Assembly: GCF_009914755.1 (NCBI RefSeq)
Contig: NC_060925.1
Strand: one strand, 5' to 3'
DNA: 64,000 bases
Origin: the human T2T-CHM13v2.0 reference genome, Homo sapiens
The notes under the pieces are model-generated. The model did no database searches and was not told the DNA's origin. It saw only the letters and a program-made list of their open reading frames with translations. Below are positions 16,458 through 31,340 of the stretch, in pieces. Position 1 is the stretch's first letter, and each line of letters begins with the position of its first letter. A program made the position numbers and the translations under genes.

Positions 16458-17279
16458 CTGCCTGCTTTGATGCCAGAACCAGGAGCATGCAGTGGGTTGG
16501 GGTTGGCCTCCCTCCCAGAGCTTGCGGGGGCAAGCCACACAAGAGGGTCAGAACCAGCTGAAGCCACACAGAGAGGTAACCAGCATGAGGTCTGCTAGGG
16601 GCCTGACCTATAAGACCACCTGGAGGGGCAGAAACCCTAGCAGCAAAAAGCTCGAGGTAAACCCAAGGGACCAAAGCAAAGAGTCTCAAATGATCACCAA
16701 TAAGAGACTCCAGGAAGTGCAGACCCACATGGGAGCCCCGGCAGGAGAGAGGGCAGCTTTCAACCACAGCCAGACCCAAAGGATGCACAGCAAGCTGCCC
16801 ATGCACCTACTCGGGTGAGAGCTGTCCTGGGCCCTAAAACCCCTCACCCAGCTCCAACCTTGGGAGAAGGGGCACAAGGAGCCACAGGAAAGGACAGAAG
16901 CCAGCCTCATCCCTTTCCCATGCAGACTTCCAGCCCTAAGCAGCCTCAGCTGGAGCAAGAAGAATGGTTTGAAGTTTTGACTAATATCTTGGCCTGGACA
17001 TTGAAATTCCAAATGGAGACTGGTTTTTTTTGTTTGTTTTGTTTTGTTTTGTTTTGTTTCCATTTAAAGCAACCATCAGACAGACTATTTCCTAAGAGGA
17101 GCAGAAAAGTCCAAGCCTGCCAGGGTCTGGGAACATGAATCCGGCTGAATAAACTTCAGAGGGGCAGCACAGGACAAAAGCTAAAGTCGCCTTCCAATTG
17201 CATTGCAAGCTGTGCTCGTTCCACACACCGGTTGCACACAGGCTGGTGAAAACATCTTCAGTGGAACTGAGAGGAGCCA

Positions 17280-17440
17280 AGTTCCCGTGAAAGGAAAACA
17301 TGCAAATCTGTTTTCAGTATCACTTTTAAGCTTCCTGAGTGGAGTCTTTGGCCTGGAATGACTCGCATTGACGTCAGCCCGAGGCAGCCATATCGCAGCA
17401 GCTGCCATCCCTTCCTCACCCGCGGCCTCCGGGGCAGAAG
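17280..17440. promoter_or_regulatory. Candidate enhancer/promoter motif cluster (octamer plus full CRE)
   Basis: ATGCAAAT at 17300-17307 and TGACGTCA at 17369-17376, with several retained CpGs in repeat-free sequence. Confidence 0.4.
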
Positions 17441-17569
17441 ACACACTGGTTTTGTTTCATGGGAGATTAAAAACAGTTGCTGCTGTATCCATAATTCACA
17501 ACCCCTGTGATCACCGGGGCCAGGAATACTGAGCAAAAAGCACAAGGCGTCCACATTAAAACCAAGGGC

Positions 17570-18185
<616 letters not shown>

Positions 18186-18978
18186 CAAGGGGAGACCCAT
18201 AAAAAAGATGCCAGAGATGGGGATCATGGTCAGCTGGGACCCCGCCCAGGGCACTACACGCTTGCTGGTTCTCCTGAGCCTCAAGGCGATGGGATCTACA
18301 CCACACATCTGAGGCTCTGATAAACTGCTGGAAACATGGGCTTATGCATGATGCTGCTTTGTTTTACGGCACTCTGTGAGGGAGACAGGGCAGGTACCCC
18401 ACAGCCCGGAATGGACTCCTCTTGCCTCTGGTCTCCTACCAGAGCAGCAGTCCCCCAGGAGGAGAAAACAAGCTCCTTCCCAGGGCTGCACTGGGGCTGG
18501 TGGCAATGGTGGCAGTGTCGATGGTCATGTGGCCTGCCTTGCACTGGTGGCCAGGACCCTGACTCTACTTTGAATCTTCTGGTTCCTTCCAGCATCCAGG
18601 ACAAGGCCCTGGCAGTAAAGCCCAGCTCCACACGGCTCCTGCAGCATGGAGCTGGTTCTCCTCCAAAAGTCCTGAGAGATGTATCATTTATCAAGCTGGT
18701 AGATAATTCTGCCCCTTTCTGTAGTGCCTCTCAGACATATCCCATAGGTAATTGTTGCTTGAAGCCTCTATTAAAATGTGAGGCGACAGAAGCCAGTAGA
18801 CTGTGTATCCCTTTCCTTCGTTTACTCTCAGGTTAAAATGGTCTTTCTGACTAAGCCAGTGATTGGGGCATAAGGGAAGGAATGTGAGTGTGGGGAAAGG
18901 GAGGTGGGGGAGAGGGCTGGTGTGCACTGCTGCACTCCCTGTGGTTTTGAGATCCTTCAAATAGAAGCTGTGAATATG

Positions 18979-19880
<902 letters not shown>

Positions 19881-20454
19881 ATAGAAGCTGTAAACATATG
19901 GCTGTGCCTCAGGACTGCCCGGCTTCAGCACTGCTCTGAAGTCAGGGCCGGCAGAGAGCAGAGCTTACTACCAGAGGACGTGAGTGTGAATCCTGCAGCT
20001 GGCTGCACCACTTGTCTGAGCGGGACACCAAGCCCAGCTCTGGCTACTGCCACTGCTTCTCCCTAGGGGCCTGCCCCAAGCCCCACTCCTGGGCTGAGGT
20101 CTGGCCCCTCCCCTCCCCTTGCTAATCATAGTGCCCTGTCATAGGTGATGTCATTTCCCAGTACACTGAGAAACGCGAGGGTGGGAGCTTTGGCCTGTCC
20201 AAATCCCAGCACCCATCACATAAAATGCAAAATGAAACACACCAACCACAGATAAAGTCCAGATGGTATTCTTATTGCTGGCATTGCAATATCAGTAAGT
20301 ATCAGCAAGTAACGATCATTCCCCACACCTCCCTTTCTTGGGTCTAAGGAAAACTTGTAAGGTTGTGTGGATCCACGTCGAGGACTGTCTGCTTGGAGGT
20401 GGGAGACTCTTCTGGGGAAAGGCAGATGGTGAAGAAAAACAAGAGCTGTTTTGC

Positions 20455-20536
20455 TGTTGTTGCTTTTAATCAATCTTTTATTCACAGCTACAAACTTTAA
20501 TCAATTATGGATAAAACACAAAAGCTTTTTGAAATG
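20455..20536 (-). ncRNA. Candidate alternative terminal exon (minus strand)
   Basis: Acceptor GGTTCCTTTATCAG|C at 20537, AATAAA at 20482-20477, downstream CTTGTTTTTCTTC. Confidence 0.35.
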
Positions 20537-20865
20537 CTGATAAAGGAACCCATACCGAGAGACCAAATAAAATCCGAGTGCTGAGCTGGCCATGGGCTTG
20601 GCAGGTCAGCAGCACATGGAGGCACAGAGATGGTGGCACCAACAGAAAGGAATGTGGGAAAATTTTGTCCCCCAGATAATATGAATAGAACAGTAAAATG
20701 AGGTTCAGGGTTGAAATGGCAAAGCCAACGTTGCTGTCATTCTCTTGGGTCCCTTCCATGTGCTGGGCTACGATTATAAATGGGGCATGCTGGCTGCATG
20801 CCAGGGGCTCCTGGCCTCCAGGAGACAGACACTGTCACACCAGGCTGAGCAAGTGCCATAAAGTC

Positions 20866-21143
<278 letters not shown>

Positions 21144-21164
21144 TCAATCAGTAATAAAACAGGC

Positions 21165-21210
21165 CACTGGCCAGATTTGGCCTACAAGGCAGTAGTTTGC
21201 CTGCCCCTGG
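21165..21210 (+). mobile_element. MER58A-like (hAT-Charlie) 3' fragment
   Basis: GGCCAGATTTGGCCTACAAGGCAGTAGTTTGCCTGCCCCTG. Confidence 0.6.
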
Positions 21211-21834
21211 TTCAGATTAGAAAATATAGAGTTGAAATCCACTAGCATAGTCCCTCCAAGTCCTGCTTTTCTTCCCCCTTCCTATTCCACATGCCTGGAT
21301 ATTTTGTCATATCCAGTGATTCCAAGACATTGCTAAATGATCTGAAGATTACAGTGAGCTTGCCTTCATCTAAGCTCAAGAGACTGCAGTGCATAAAGAT
21401 AATTTGTTCAACAGAGTGAGAACTGCTTTGCCAGGAGCGCTGAGTGTTTTAGTAATCAATCAATCAATCAGTCAGAGAAGAACTCATTAGGCGCATGGTG
21501 CTGTTCCACACTGGAGATGTGCAGAGCGTTGAGGCTGGATCCTCACAAGTGTTGAGGCTGGATCCTGGCACGTGGGTTGGTGAGAAATTCCTACTTCCCT
21601 ATTGCCCGGGTACTCATTGCAGTTTCACACAGTTTTAGTTGTGTATAATCCTTGAGAGTCACATTTTCCATTTCTTAACCTATACAATGAAGAAATTCAA
21701 CTAAATGGCAATGTGATTTTGTGTGTGCACCAGGGGACTTCTCAGCGAGGGCTTCTTGGAGATGTCTTGAAGGCGGCCATGTGCCATGTACGAGGACTGG
21801 CCTCAGGGCAGGCTGAGCCATGGGGGAGGGCTCT

Positions 21835-22076
21835 TAACTTGAGCCCCAGAGATGGAGGCTGTAGTGAGCCATCATCTCGCCACTGCACTCTAGCTGGACA
21901 ACGGAGCAAAACGCCATCTCAAGAAAACAAAAGTATTCATTGTTTATATGAAATTCAATTCAAATTTAGCTGAGCATCTTGCCTGTTTATTTGCTAAATC
22001 TGGTAGCTCTCTAGGGAGAGAAGCAAGTTCACATTTGAGTGTCTGGACCTCCCAGCAACATACTAGTTGGTTCCTA
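21835..22076 (+). repeat. Direct duplicate of 23204-23447 (Alu end + MER53 half + unique flank)
   Basis: Shared AAGTATTCATTGTTTA...TTTGCTAAATCTGGTAGCTCTCTAG.GAGAGAAGCAA.TTCACATTTGAGTGTCTGGACCTCCCAG. Confidence 0.9.
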
Positions 22077-22241
22077 CAACCTGTGCGTGGGCATCAGTGC
22101 ATGGAAATGGCGACAGGGAGAGATAATAAAACAGAAATAGAGGAGGGTAAGTAATTGAAGCCTCAGTATTTTTGCTGTCATTGCAAGAAGAAGGAAATGC
22201 TCTGACATATGGTGTAGATGAAGAGTTGAAAACTCAATGTC

Positions 22242-22571
<330 letters not shown>

Positions 22572-22882
22572 TCAAGTGGAATGGATATAGCCACAGGGAA
22601 CAGTGGGGACATGGGACACTGCGGGGGGTGCATGCCCCGCCTAAGAGGTCTGCTGGTACCTCGCTCCAGCTCACTCTGCCATGTGATCTTCAGGGCTCAG
22701 TGTGGAAGAGCTGATTCTCCTCAGGTTGACAGTCCTGGTAACCTCAACTGTGGATAGTGAGGCTGATTTCAGAAAGAGTTTTGGAGAGCCCGCAGAGTTC
22801 ATGAGTAAAGCTGAATATAGTCCCAGCCTCAGCAAATGAAGGCTCCTTCAGCACTAAACCAACTACAAGCTTCACCTGGAAG

Positions 22883-23381
22883 CAGCACTGCCAGATAAAC
22901 ACAAGACACCCAGTTAAATGTGAACTTCAGATAAACAATGAATACCCTTTCTGTATAAATACATCCCAAATATTGCATGGAACATATACCCAAAAAATAT
23001 ATATTTGTTGGCCAGGCATGGTGGCTCACACCCATAATCCCAGCACTTTGGGAGGCCAACGTGGGAGGATTGCTGAAGCCAGGGGTTTGAGACCAGCCTG
23101 GGCAACATAGTGAGACCCCATCTCTACAGAAATAAAATAATTAGCTGGGCATGGTGGTGCACACCTGGTAGTTCTAGCTACTTGGGAGGCTGAGGTGGGA
23201 GGATAACTTGAGCCCAAGAGATGGAGTCTGCAGTGCACTCTGATCCTGCCATTGAACTCTAGCCTAGACAACAGAGTGAGACTCTGTCTCAAAAAAAAAA
23301 AAAGTATTCATTGTTTACATGAAATTCTATTCCAATTTAACTAAACGTCTTGCCCTTTTATTTGCTAAATCTGGTAGCTCT
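22883..23381 (+). mobile_element. MER53 (palindromic hAT MITE) split by AluJo (23009-23303)
   Basis: TGCCAGATAAACACAAGACACCCAGTTAAATGTGAACTTCAGATAAACAATGAATA...TATTCATTGTTTACATGAAATTC...TTTGCTAAATCTGG. Confidence 0.85.
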
Positions 23382-23489
23382 CTAGAGAGAGAAGCAAATT
23401 CACATTTGAGTGTCTGGACCTCCCAGTAACATGCTAGGTGATTCCTATGTACTCTCCTTGATGCCAAAAGATGGATGTTCTAGAACCGT

Positions 23490-23670
23490 CTTGGCCCCTC
23501 ACCAGTTGTATGTTCCCTGTCCCTCTGAGCCTCGGTTTCCTCATCTCTTAGGTGGACATGGGAATTCCTATCTCACAGGATTGTCACAAGGATGAAATGG
23601 AGTAAATGTAACGGCATATCGTACGGTGTCTGAGACAAAGCAGACACGCAACACATGTTTGCTGCTGAGT
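23490..23670 (+). mobile_element. MIR
   Basis: CCCTCTGAGCCTCGGTTTCCTCATCT...CCTATCTCACAGGATTGT. Confidence 0.75.
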
Positions 23671-24357
23671 GAAATTCCTCACCCTCAGAATGACGCTTTG
23701 TTCTCTCACTGAACCTGTCAGGACCCGTCCAGGCTGAGACCAGGGGAGCGTGTCACTCCCACAGTGGCAGGCAACATCATGTGGTCTTCAGGGCCTTCAG
23801 GGGGAGCGAGCGAGGAACACAGGAGCTGTGCTCCTGGTGAACCATCCAGATAACAGTTCAGAGGAGAATGAGGGCCCTGGCTTTCTGTTCTTTGGGGTTG
23901 GAAGCCACGAGTACAGAAGACTCCTTTTCCATTTGGGCTTTGCCACCATTCTTCAGCAGCATGGCAACTGCTGCCAGCAGCACAAGGATGGTTTCTAATG
24001 CACCCAGAGAGTTCTTTGAGGGGCTCGAAGAGACCGAGGACCAGCTTCAGCCACCTTCCCCCCTCCGGCCTGAAGCCTCTCGAAAGCCAGGCCTGAACAC
24101 GGAACAGCTGGGAAGCCTTCGAGCATTCCAAAGAAGAAATGGAACTTGGGGCATGAAGAGCTTCATTTTATCTGCTTCCTTCCCTGGATGCCTGAAGGGT
24201 GACACAGGAGGTGCCTGCCAGCGCCGCATGCTGGTCCGCCTGCAGACGGCCCTGTCCACGCACACACAGACACGTCCCAAATATTGCAGGAAGATCTCTT
24301 GAGGGAGCTCATTTAACTCGGCTTCCCTTGGAAATAAAAGTGACTGAATTCTTTCAC

Positions 24358-25090
24358 TAGGGCTGCCATAACAAAGTGCCACAGCCTGGGTGGCTTCAAC
24401 AACAGAAACGCCTTGTCGCCCAGTTCTGGAGGCAGGAATTTGAGATCGAGGTGCCAGCAGGTTGGTTCCTTCCGAGGCTGTGAAGGATGGATCTGTTCCA
24501 GGCCCCTCCTCGGCGTGCAGGTCTACACGTTCACATGAAGTTCTCCCTTCACAGCCGCCTGTGGCCAAATGTCCCCTTCCTATAAGGACACCCATCACGT
24601 TGGATTAGGACCTACCCTCACGACCTCATTGTAACTTAGTTACCTCTTTAAAGACCCCATCTCCAGGCCAGGTGCGGTGGCTCACGTCTGTAATCTCAGC
24701 ACTTTGGGAGGTCGAGGAGGGTGCATCACTTGAGGTCAGGAGTTTGAGACCAGCCTGGCCAACATGGCAAAACCCCATCTCTACTAAAAATACAAAAATT
24801 AGCCAGGCATGGTGGCATGCGCCTGTAACCCCAGCTACTCAGGAGGCTGAGGCAGGAGAATCACTTGAACCCAGGAGACAGAGGTTGCCGTGAGCTGAGA
24901 TCACACCACTGCACTCCAGCCTGGGAGACAGAGTGAGACTCCGTCTCAAAAATATACATATATAAATAAAATAAAATAAAATAAAAATAAAGATCCCATC
25001 TCCAAACAGGGTCACGTTTTTAGGTACAGGGGATTAAGACTTCAACATATGAATTGGGAGTGGAGGGGGACAGAATTCAACCCACATCAG
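24358..25090 (-). mobile_element. MLT1B/C-like LTR, antisense, split by AluS (24666-24990, plus strand)
   Basis: GGGCTGCCATAACAAAGTGCCACAGCCTGGGTGGCTT...GACTTCAACATATGAATT; TSD AAGA(C/T)CCCATCTCCA. Confidence 0.85.
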
Positions 25091-25159
25091 TTAACTTATT
25101 GGAAAGAATAAAGTCCATTAATCCAAAAGTCTGCTGTGGTAGATATCACAAATATTCCT

Positions 25160-25500
25160 CTTCTACATGGATGAATCTCAAAATAATTATGCTGAGTGAA
25201 AGAAGCCAGACCAAAAGAGAACATGCTGTGTGATTCCATTTATATCAAATTCTAGAAAATGCAAACTAATCTATACAGCAGCAGAAAGCAGATCAGTGTT
25301 TGTCTGGGGATTGAGGAGTACGGATGTCACAGGTGTGGAGATGGCAAAGGATCCCAAAGAAACTTCCAGCAGTGATGGAATATTCATTATTGTGATTGTG
25401 GGGGTGGTGGTTTCATGGGCATATGTGTGTGTCAAGCTTATCAAACTGTAGACTTTAAATATGCATATTTTATTATGCATCAATTAAAATTTCATAAAGA
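25160..25500 (+). mobile_element. L1ME-type 3' end
   Basis: ACATGGATGAATCTCAAAATAATTATGCTGAGTGAAAGAAGCCAGACC. Confidence 0.82.
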
Positions 25501-25526
25501 GTTAGGGGTTTTTTAAGAATAAATAT

Positions 25527-25930
25527 GGCCAGATGTGGTGACTCAGGCCTATAATTCCAGCCCTTTGGGAGTCCAAGACAGGAGGCTTGCTTGAGGTCAG
25601 AAATTTGAGACATAGTTGGTCCAAGTGTTGTAGGTTATTGTTAAGCTGATTTAACATTGTCTCCCAAAATAACCACACCTGACTAGCTATTAAAAAAACA
25701 GTTTAAGACCAGGCTGGGCAACACAGCAAGACCCCATCTCTATTAAAATATTGTATAAAAATTAGTCAGGCATGGCGGTGTGCACCTGTAGACCTAGCTA
25801 CACAAGAGGCTGAGATGGGAGGATCACTTGAGCCCAGGAGTTCGAGGCTGCAGTTAGTTATGATCAAGCCACTGCACTCCAGCCCCTGGACAGCAAAGTG
25901 AGACCCTGTCTCAAAAAATAAATAAATAAA
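25527..25930 (+). mobile_element. AluJo interrupted by a Y5 RNA retrocopy
   Basis: Left arm breaks at GAAATTTGAGAC and resumes at AGTTTAAGACCAGGCTGGGC. Confidence 0.88.
25614..25688 (+). pseudogene. RNY5 (Y5 RNA) retropseudogene
   Basis: AGTTGGTCCAAGTGTTGTAGGTTATTGTTAAGCTGATTTAACATTGTCTCCC...TGACTAGCT matches the human Y5 RNA sequence as I recall it (about 65/75 nt), followed by a short A tail. Confidence 0.9.
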
Positions 25931-25979
25931 CGAACAAATATTCCACTTCTTCTTCCCTTCTGTTCTTTTGTTGGGCATG

Positions 25980-26320
25980 TGGTAGGCATGTACTTACTTC
26001 CCTGTTCCCTTCAAAGTAAGGTGTGGCCGTGAGACAAGTCTTGGCCATGAGATGCTGGCAGAAGTGATAGGTGTCACTCACAGGTGGATGTGTTAAGAGC
26101 CAGTGTGTGATTCAGCACTTTCCCTTTAGTGCCATCCCTGCAATCATGGAAGGATGAGTCAAGATGGAACCTCCAACCACCTGGGTCCCTGCCATGACCA
26201 GCGCCGCCTGCTGACCTGCGCTAGATGTACATCACCAGTAAAAAAAACCCTTTGCTTTTTTAAGCCACTGAGATTTGGGGCTTGCTTATTACTGCAGCAT
26301 AACCTAAGCTCTGCGGACAG
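25980..26320 (+). mobile_element. Old MaLR LTR fragment (MLT1H/J-like)
   Basis: GCAGAAGTGATAGGTGTCAC...AAACCCTTTGCTTTTTAAGCCACTGAGATTTGGGGCTTGCTTATTACTGCAGCATAACCTA. Confidence 0.7.
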
Positions 26321-26616
26321 TCACCTACAAGTGTGAGAGTCTGTCATTCAGCTGTGGCCCCGCTGGAATCAGGCAGGAGACGGAAGCCACACAACTAGAG
26401 GGTGAACCTAACTAACCACCCAGACTCCTCCCCTCCCCAAAGCCTTGCTATACTCTGGTCCTTTTTGCAACACAGTAATATGCATAAAGGGGTACACACT
26501 TGCTTTTCTGTGTAAAAATGGCCCCCAAAAGAAAGCTAGCTGCTGGTGGTGGCAGTGGAAGTGAGAAGGAAGGCAAGCAGTCCAGCAAGCTCTGAAGGTC
26601 AGAAGCGGGTTGTGTA

Positions 26617-26708
26617 GCCGGAGGCAGAGGTTGCAGTGAGCCAAGACCACGCCACTGCACTTCAACCTGGTGACAGAGTGAGACGCCGTCTAAAAAAAAA
26701 AAAAAAAA
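26617..26708 (+). mobile_element. Severely 5'-truncated Alu with a perfect 16-bp TSD
   Basis: AGAAGCGGGTTGTGTA at 26601-26616 and 26709-26724 flanks the last ~70 nt of an Alu plus its A tail. Confidence 0.92.
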
Positions 26709-27189
26709 AGAAGCGGGTTGTGTAAATGACATTGGTCCTGTATTCGCACATCATGGCATGGAAACCGTGTCTCACAGCTGCCAGTTTTGTCTTCCTACAT
26801 TGTTGGAGGGGGTCATATGCTACAGAGGTGGTCTTGAATTTGAGGAGTCACCAAAGCATCAGAATTTCTATGATGCCTATTTAGCAAAATGCATTTCAAA
26901 CACAGGTGATCTTCCTGCACAAAGAGGCAGACTGTAATGAAGAGAAGACACGAGGCTTGCTTCGTGCCACCTGGGGAGAGTGTGGAGCCATGGTGCTTGG
27001 TTTCAGCACCTCCGCCAGCTTTCTCTGGGCCCCCTGGCAGACCCTGAGCCTTCCTGGCCCCTGAGGTCTATCCATCAAGCTGGCTTACATGGCCTCTGAG
27101 GTCCTCTTCAGCTTGAGGTCCTGTGATCATTCAGGGCTGGGCATCTCATCTCCCGCCCATGCCTTGGTGCTTCCTACATACAGGACATT

Positions 27190-27370
27190 CTATGACACAC
27201 TTTATGTAATTCTGAGTTATTCCTCACAGCAAGCCTAGGAGGGATATGCTATTATAATCCTGGTTTTACTCCTCATGAGGAAACTGAGGCTTGACAAAGT
27301 CAAGTAATTTGCCCAAAGCCACATACCCTTACAAGACAGAGCCAGAAATGCAGTCCTGATTTTCAGAGCG
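27190..27370 (-). mobile_element. MIR, antisense
   Basis: ATGAGGAAACTGAGGCTTGACAAAGTCAAGTAATTTGCCCAAAGCCACA. Confidence 0.78.
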
Positions 27371-27511
27371 TGTGCTGCTGCTTCTCAAGCACATGCTCAG
27401 ATCACTCCACATTCTTTCTCATGGATTTTTTTTTCATTTTATCTTTGCCTTTTGTTAGTAGTACGAAAAAATTACGGTTTATTGTGGGTTGTCTGGATGA
27501 TACCCTCATAA

Positions 27512-27812
<301 letters not shown>

Positions 27813-27831
27813 TGCTTTTTAAAATACTTTA

Positions 27832-28045
27832 TAAAAAAAAGAAAGAGAGAGAGAAGGAAGGAAGGAGAGAGAGAAAGAGAAAGAAAGAAAGAAGAAAGAG
27901 AAAGAAAGAAAAGAAAGAAAGAAGAAAGAAAGAAAGAGAGAGAGAAAGAGGAAAGAGAGGAAAGAAAGGAAGGAAGGAGAAGGAAGGGAGGGAGGAAGGA
28001 AGGAAGAAAGGAGAAAGAGAAAAAAAGGAAAGAAGGAAAGAAGGC
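27832..28045. repeat. GA-rich polypurine tract ((GAAA)n/(GGAA)n)
   Basis: About 210 nt of only A and G. Confidence 0.95.
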
Positions 28046-29036
28046 AGGTAGGCAGTGGAGACAGTTATCCCCATCCCCCACCCCCCAGAAATAGAAACAT
28101 TTAAGAGCTCCAAGTTTTTAAGAATTATTTTAATACACTTTTCCTGCGAAACTCAATTCAAGGCAGCTTCAAGGTAAAAATGCTTATATTTGGCATCTGT
28201 CCTTGTATTTTTAGGCACCTTGATGCATTCACACTCACTACGCTCACACCCAGAAGACCCCCAAGAAATCCGCTTCTTTGTGCAGATAAAGGAAATGCAA
28301 ACTGGTCATTCTGGAAACCAGGGTCAATTCTAGATTTCTAGAAGCCTGGCTGTGGGCCTCAAGGCCTTTCATGAAAGCAAGGGCCTCAGATTGACCCTTT
28401 CCAAGCATCCCCTACCAGGAGGGGAAGGGCACAGATTCTCAAGGGACCGTGGTGCATGCAGGTAAACCGAAACCTCTAGGCTGGCACGTGGCACCACTGC
28501 CCTGGGAGACAAGCCATCCCCGCTCTCTGTCTGGATGGCCTGGTCAATGCAGTGTAGATCATGGATGTGATTTCTCTCACTGATATTTGGGGGATACAAT
28601 TTAAAATGTATCCAAGTATCTGATGGAAATAAGAGGGAGCTACAGAAAATGACTCAAGCTGAGGACATATAGGAAGGAATCGGTTCAGGTGTAAGGAAGG
28701 ATTTCTGGGGAACTTTCTTCCTTGTGTTCATCCCTCCCTCTTTACATAAGGTCTTGAGTCACGAGCACCTTGTGTTAGATGCTGGGCTACAAAATGATCA
28801 AAACAGAAGGCCTGCCCACTGAGAGTACACACTTCCCTGGGCCACATCCACCCTCCAAAGTAATCCCACCATAACAGGGCAGCTGTCATCATGGAAGGAC
28901 TGCCCACGTGCAGAGGGGCCCAAGAAAGTGGTCTTGTCCTCAAAGCAACTTGAGATGAGGATCCTGTGTCATCCAACAGCTACAGCTTAGGCAGATGAAT
29001 AGCGGCTTCCCTGGGCCCAGGCAGTCCTCCAATTCA

Positions 29037-29459
<423 letters not shown>

Positions 29460-31047
29460 TCAGGAAACTGAGGACACACTTTCACGGCCAGTTCTCCAGC
29501 AATGTCCACTAGCATCCCAGGCTCTCTATCTACCTAAACAAAGTCGATTCCCCCTGCCTAGCAATTTAATGTATGAGGGTTTTTTTTTATGGTAATGAGT
29601 TGGAACTGAATACACACTAAAATGCAGCGCAAATCACTGCGATGAGAGCTGAAAAATGCTAATCTCTCTCCAACATCTTCAGCGCCATTCTCCTGAAACT
29701 ACCTGCTCCAGCAAGGTTCCCGTGGGTTAATTATTGCTGCAGAGGAAATTGCACTGATTTGCATCTGCTTTCATCGGCTGGAACCAGCGCATGTCAGTCC
29801 TGCAGGAACAGACCTGGGTTAACCTGTTGGCTGCTTCAGGCAAGAGGGACACCGAGTTGCAGGCTGCCTCTCCACCCCACCAGTGCTGTTTCCCAGCCTC
29901 AGGGCACCTGCAGAGATACCAATCTGGTTACCTGTTCACCTGTACTTTGTGCATCTGATACTCCCAGAGCCTGCCCACCTGCTCTTTGCAATGCAGCAGC
30001 AGCAAATCCCAGGCCCCAAGCTCAAGGCCTGGGATTTAATTTGCCCTATTTGAAAGGTCCCATTCCTACCTGGTGAGCTCATCAATAACTATCAAAGCCA
30101 CCTTTCTTCCCCTCCAAGAACCAGCCTTTCTACAGTGACTGGCTCCAAATGCAATTTCAAAATCTGGCTGGCTCCTGCAGAAGCCAGCACAGCCTCCCAG
30201 ATGGGAGTAGGCCATCTCTGAAGGCGGGGCGAGTTACAAAACAGAATCCCCATGCACTAAGAGAAAGAAGAGAGAGATTGCTATAGAGGACTGGCCTCTG
30301 GGGCTCTGAAGACCTAAGTCCTCTGTTCTCAGATTGCATGGGACTTGAAAGCTCCTGGCTGTTGGTCTCCTGTGTGTGTAACAGGGTACCTTCTCTTTCT
30401 CAGAAAAGGAAAAGTCTGTAATCCATGCATTGATATGCAAATGTATGTTTACCCAGGTGAGGTGTATTGTGGGAGAAACCCCTGGGATAAGTTTCCACTC
30501 TGCACATAACCTTTATTACAGTATTCTTGTTTCACTGGGCTACTCAAAGGGTTTAAAAATAAAGTTTCACTTGCATACTACGTCTGGCCTGCAGAAATCT
30601 TTCACTGAGCCATGTTTTAACCAAAAGCACTAATATTATTATGTTTGCATTAGCATGTGTGGGCTGTCGTTAGGTGCTTTTGATTATAATGACAGCACCA
30701 AGAGTCTTAAATCTAGGTAGCACCTGTTCTGAATGATCCTCTGATGATATTGAATATAAGCAAAATAAGTATTTCATATTATTGATGACAGATTGGATGT
30801 GACTGCATTTTCTCTATGAAAGATGCTGAGCAACTCTGCATCAATAACTGTGTGGAGGACTCCAGGATTTGGTTCATACAGGAACTCCTTTAATAGTGCT
30901 TAGCTTACAAGCTCTCCAGGTTGGGGATGGAGCCTCAGTTAGATTGATACAGTTTGCAGAGTGCCTGGCTTAGTCGATGTTCAATAACATTTGGGGCAGG
31001 AGGGAGTGAATAAAGGTATACATGGGTGAACAAAATAACACAGTCTA

Positions 31048-31340
31048 GGCTGGGCACGGTCGCTCACGCCTATAATCCCAGCACTTTGGGAGGCCGAGGT
31101 GGGCAGATCACAAGGTCAGAAGTTCAAGACCAGCCTGGCCAATAAGGTGAAACCCCATCTCTACTAAAAATACAAAAATTAGCCGGGCATGGTGGCGGGT
31201 GCCTGTAGTCCCAGCTACTCAGGAGGCTGAGGCAGGAGAATCACTTGAACCCAGGAGGCAGAGGTTGCAGTGATCCGAGATCATGCCCCTGCACTCCAGC
31301 TTGGGTGACAGAGCGAAACTCTGTCTCAAAAAATAAAAAA
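31048..31340 (+). mobile_element. AluSg-like with TSD AAAATAACACAGTCTA
   Basis: Full dimer, TSD on both flanks. Confidence 0.92.

Noticed and set aside
28592-28613. GGATACA...TGTATCC mini-palindrome
   Set aside because: A 7-bp stem is expected by chance in 64 kb
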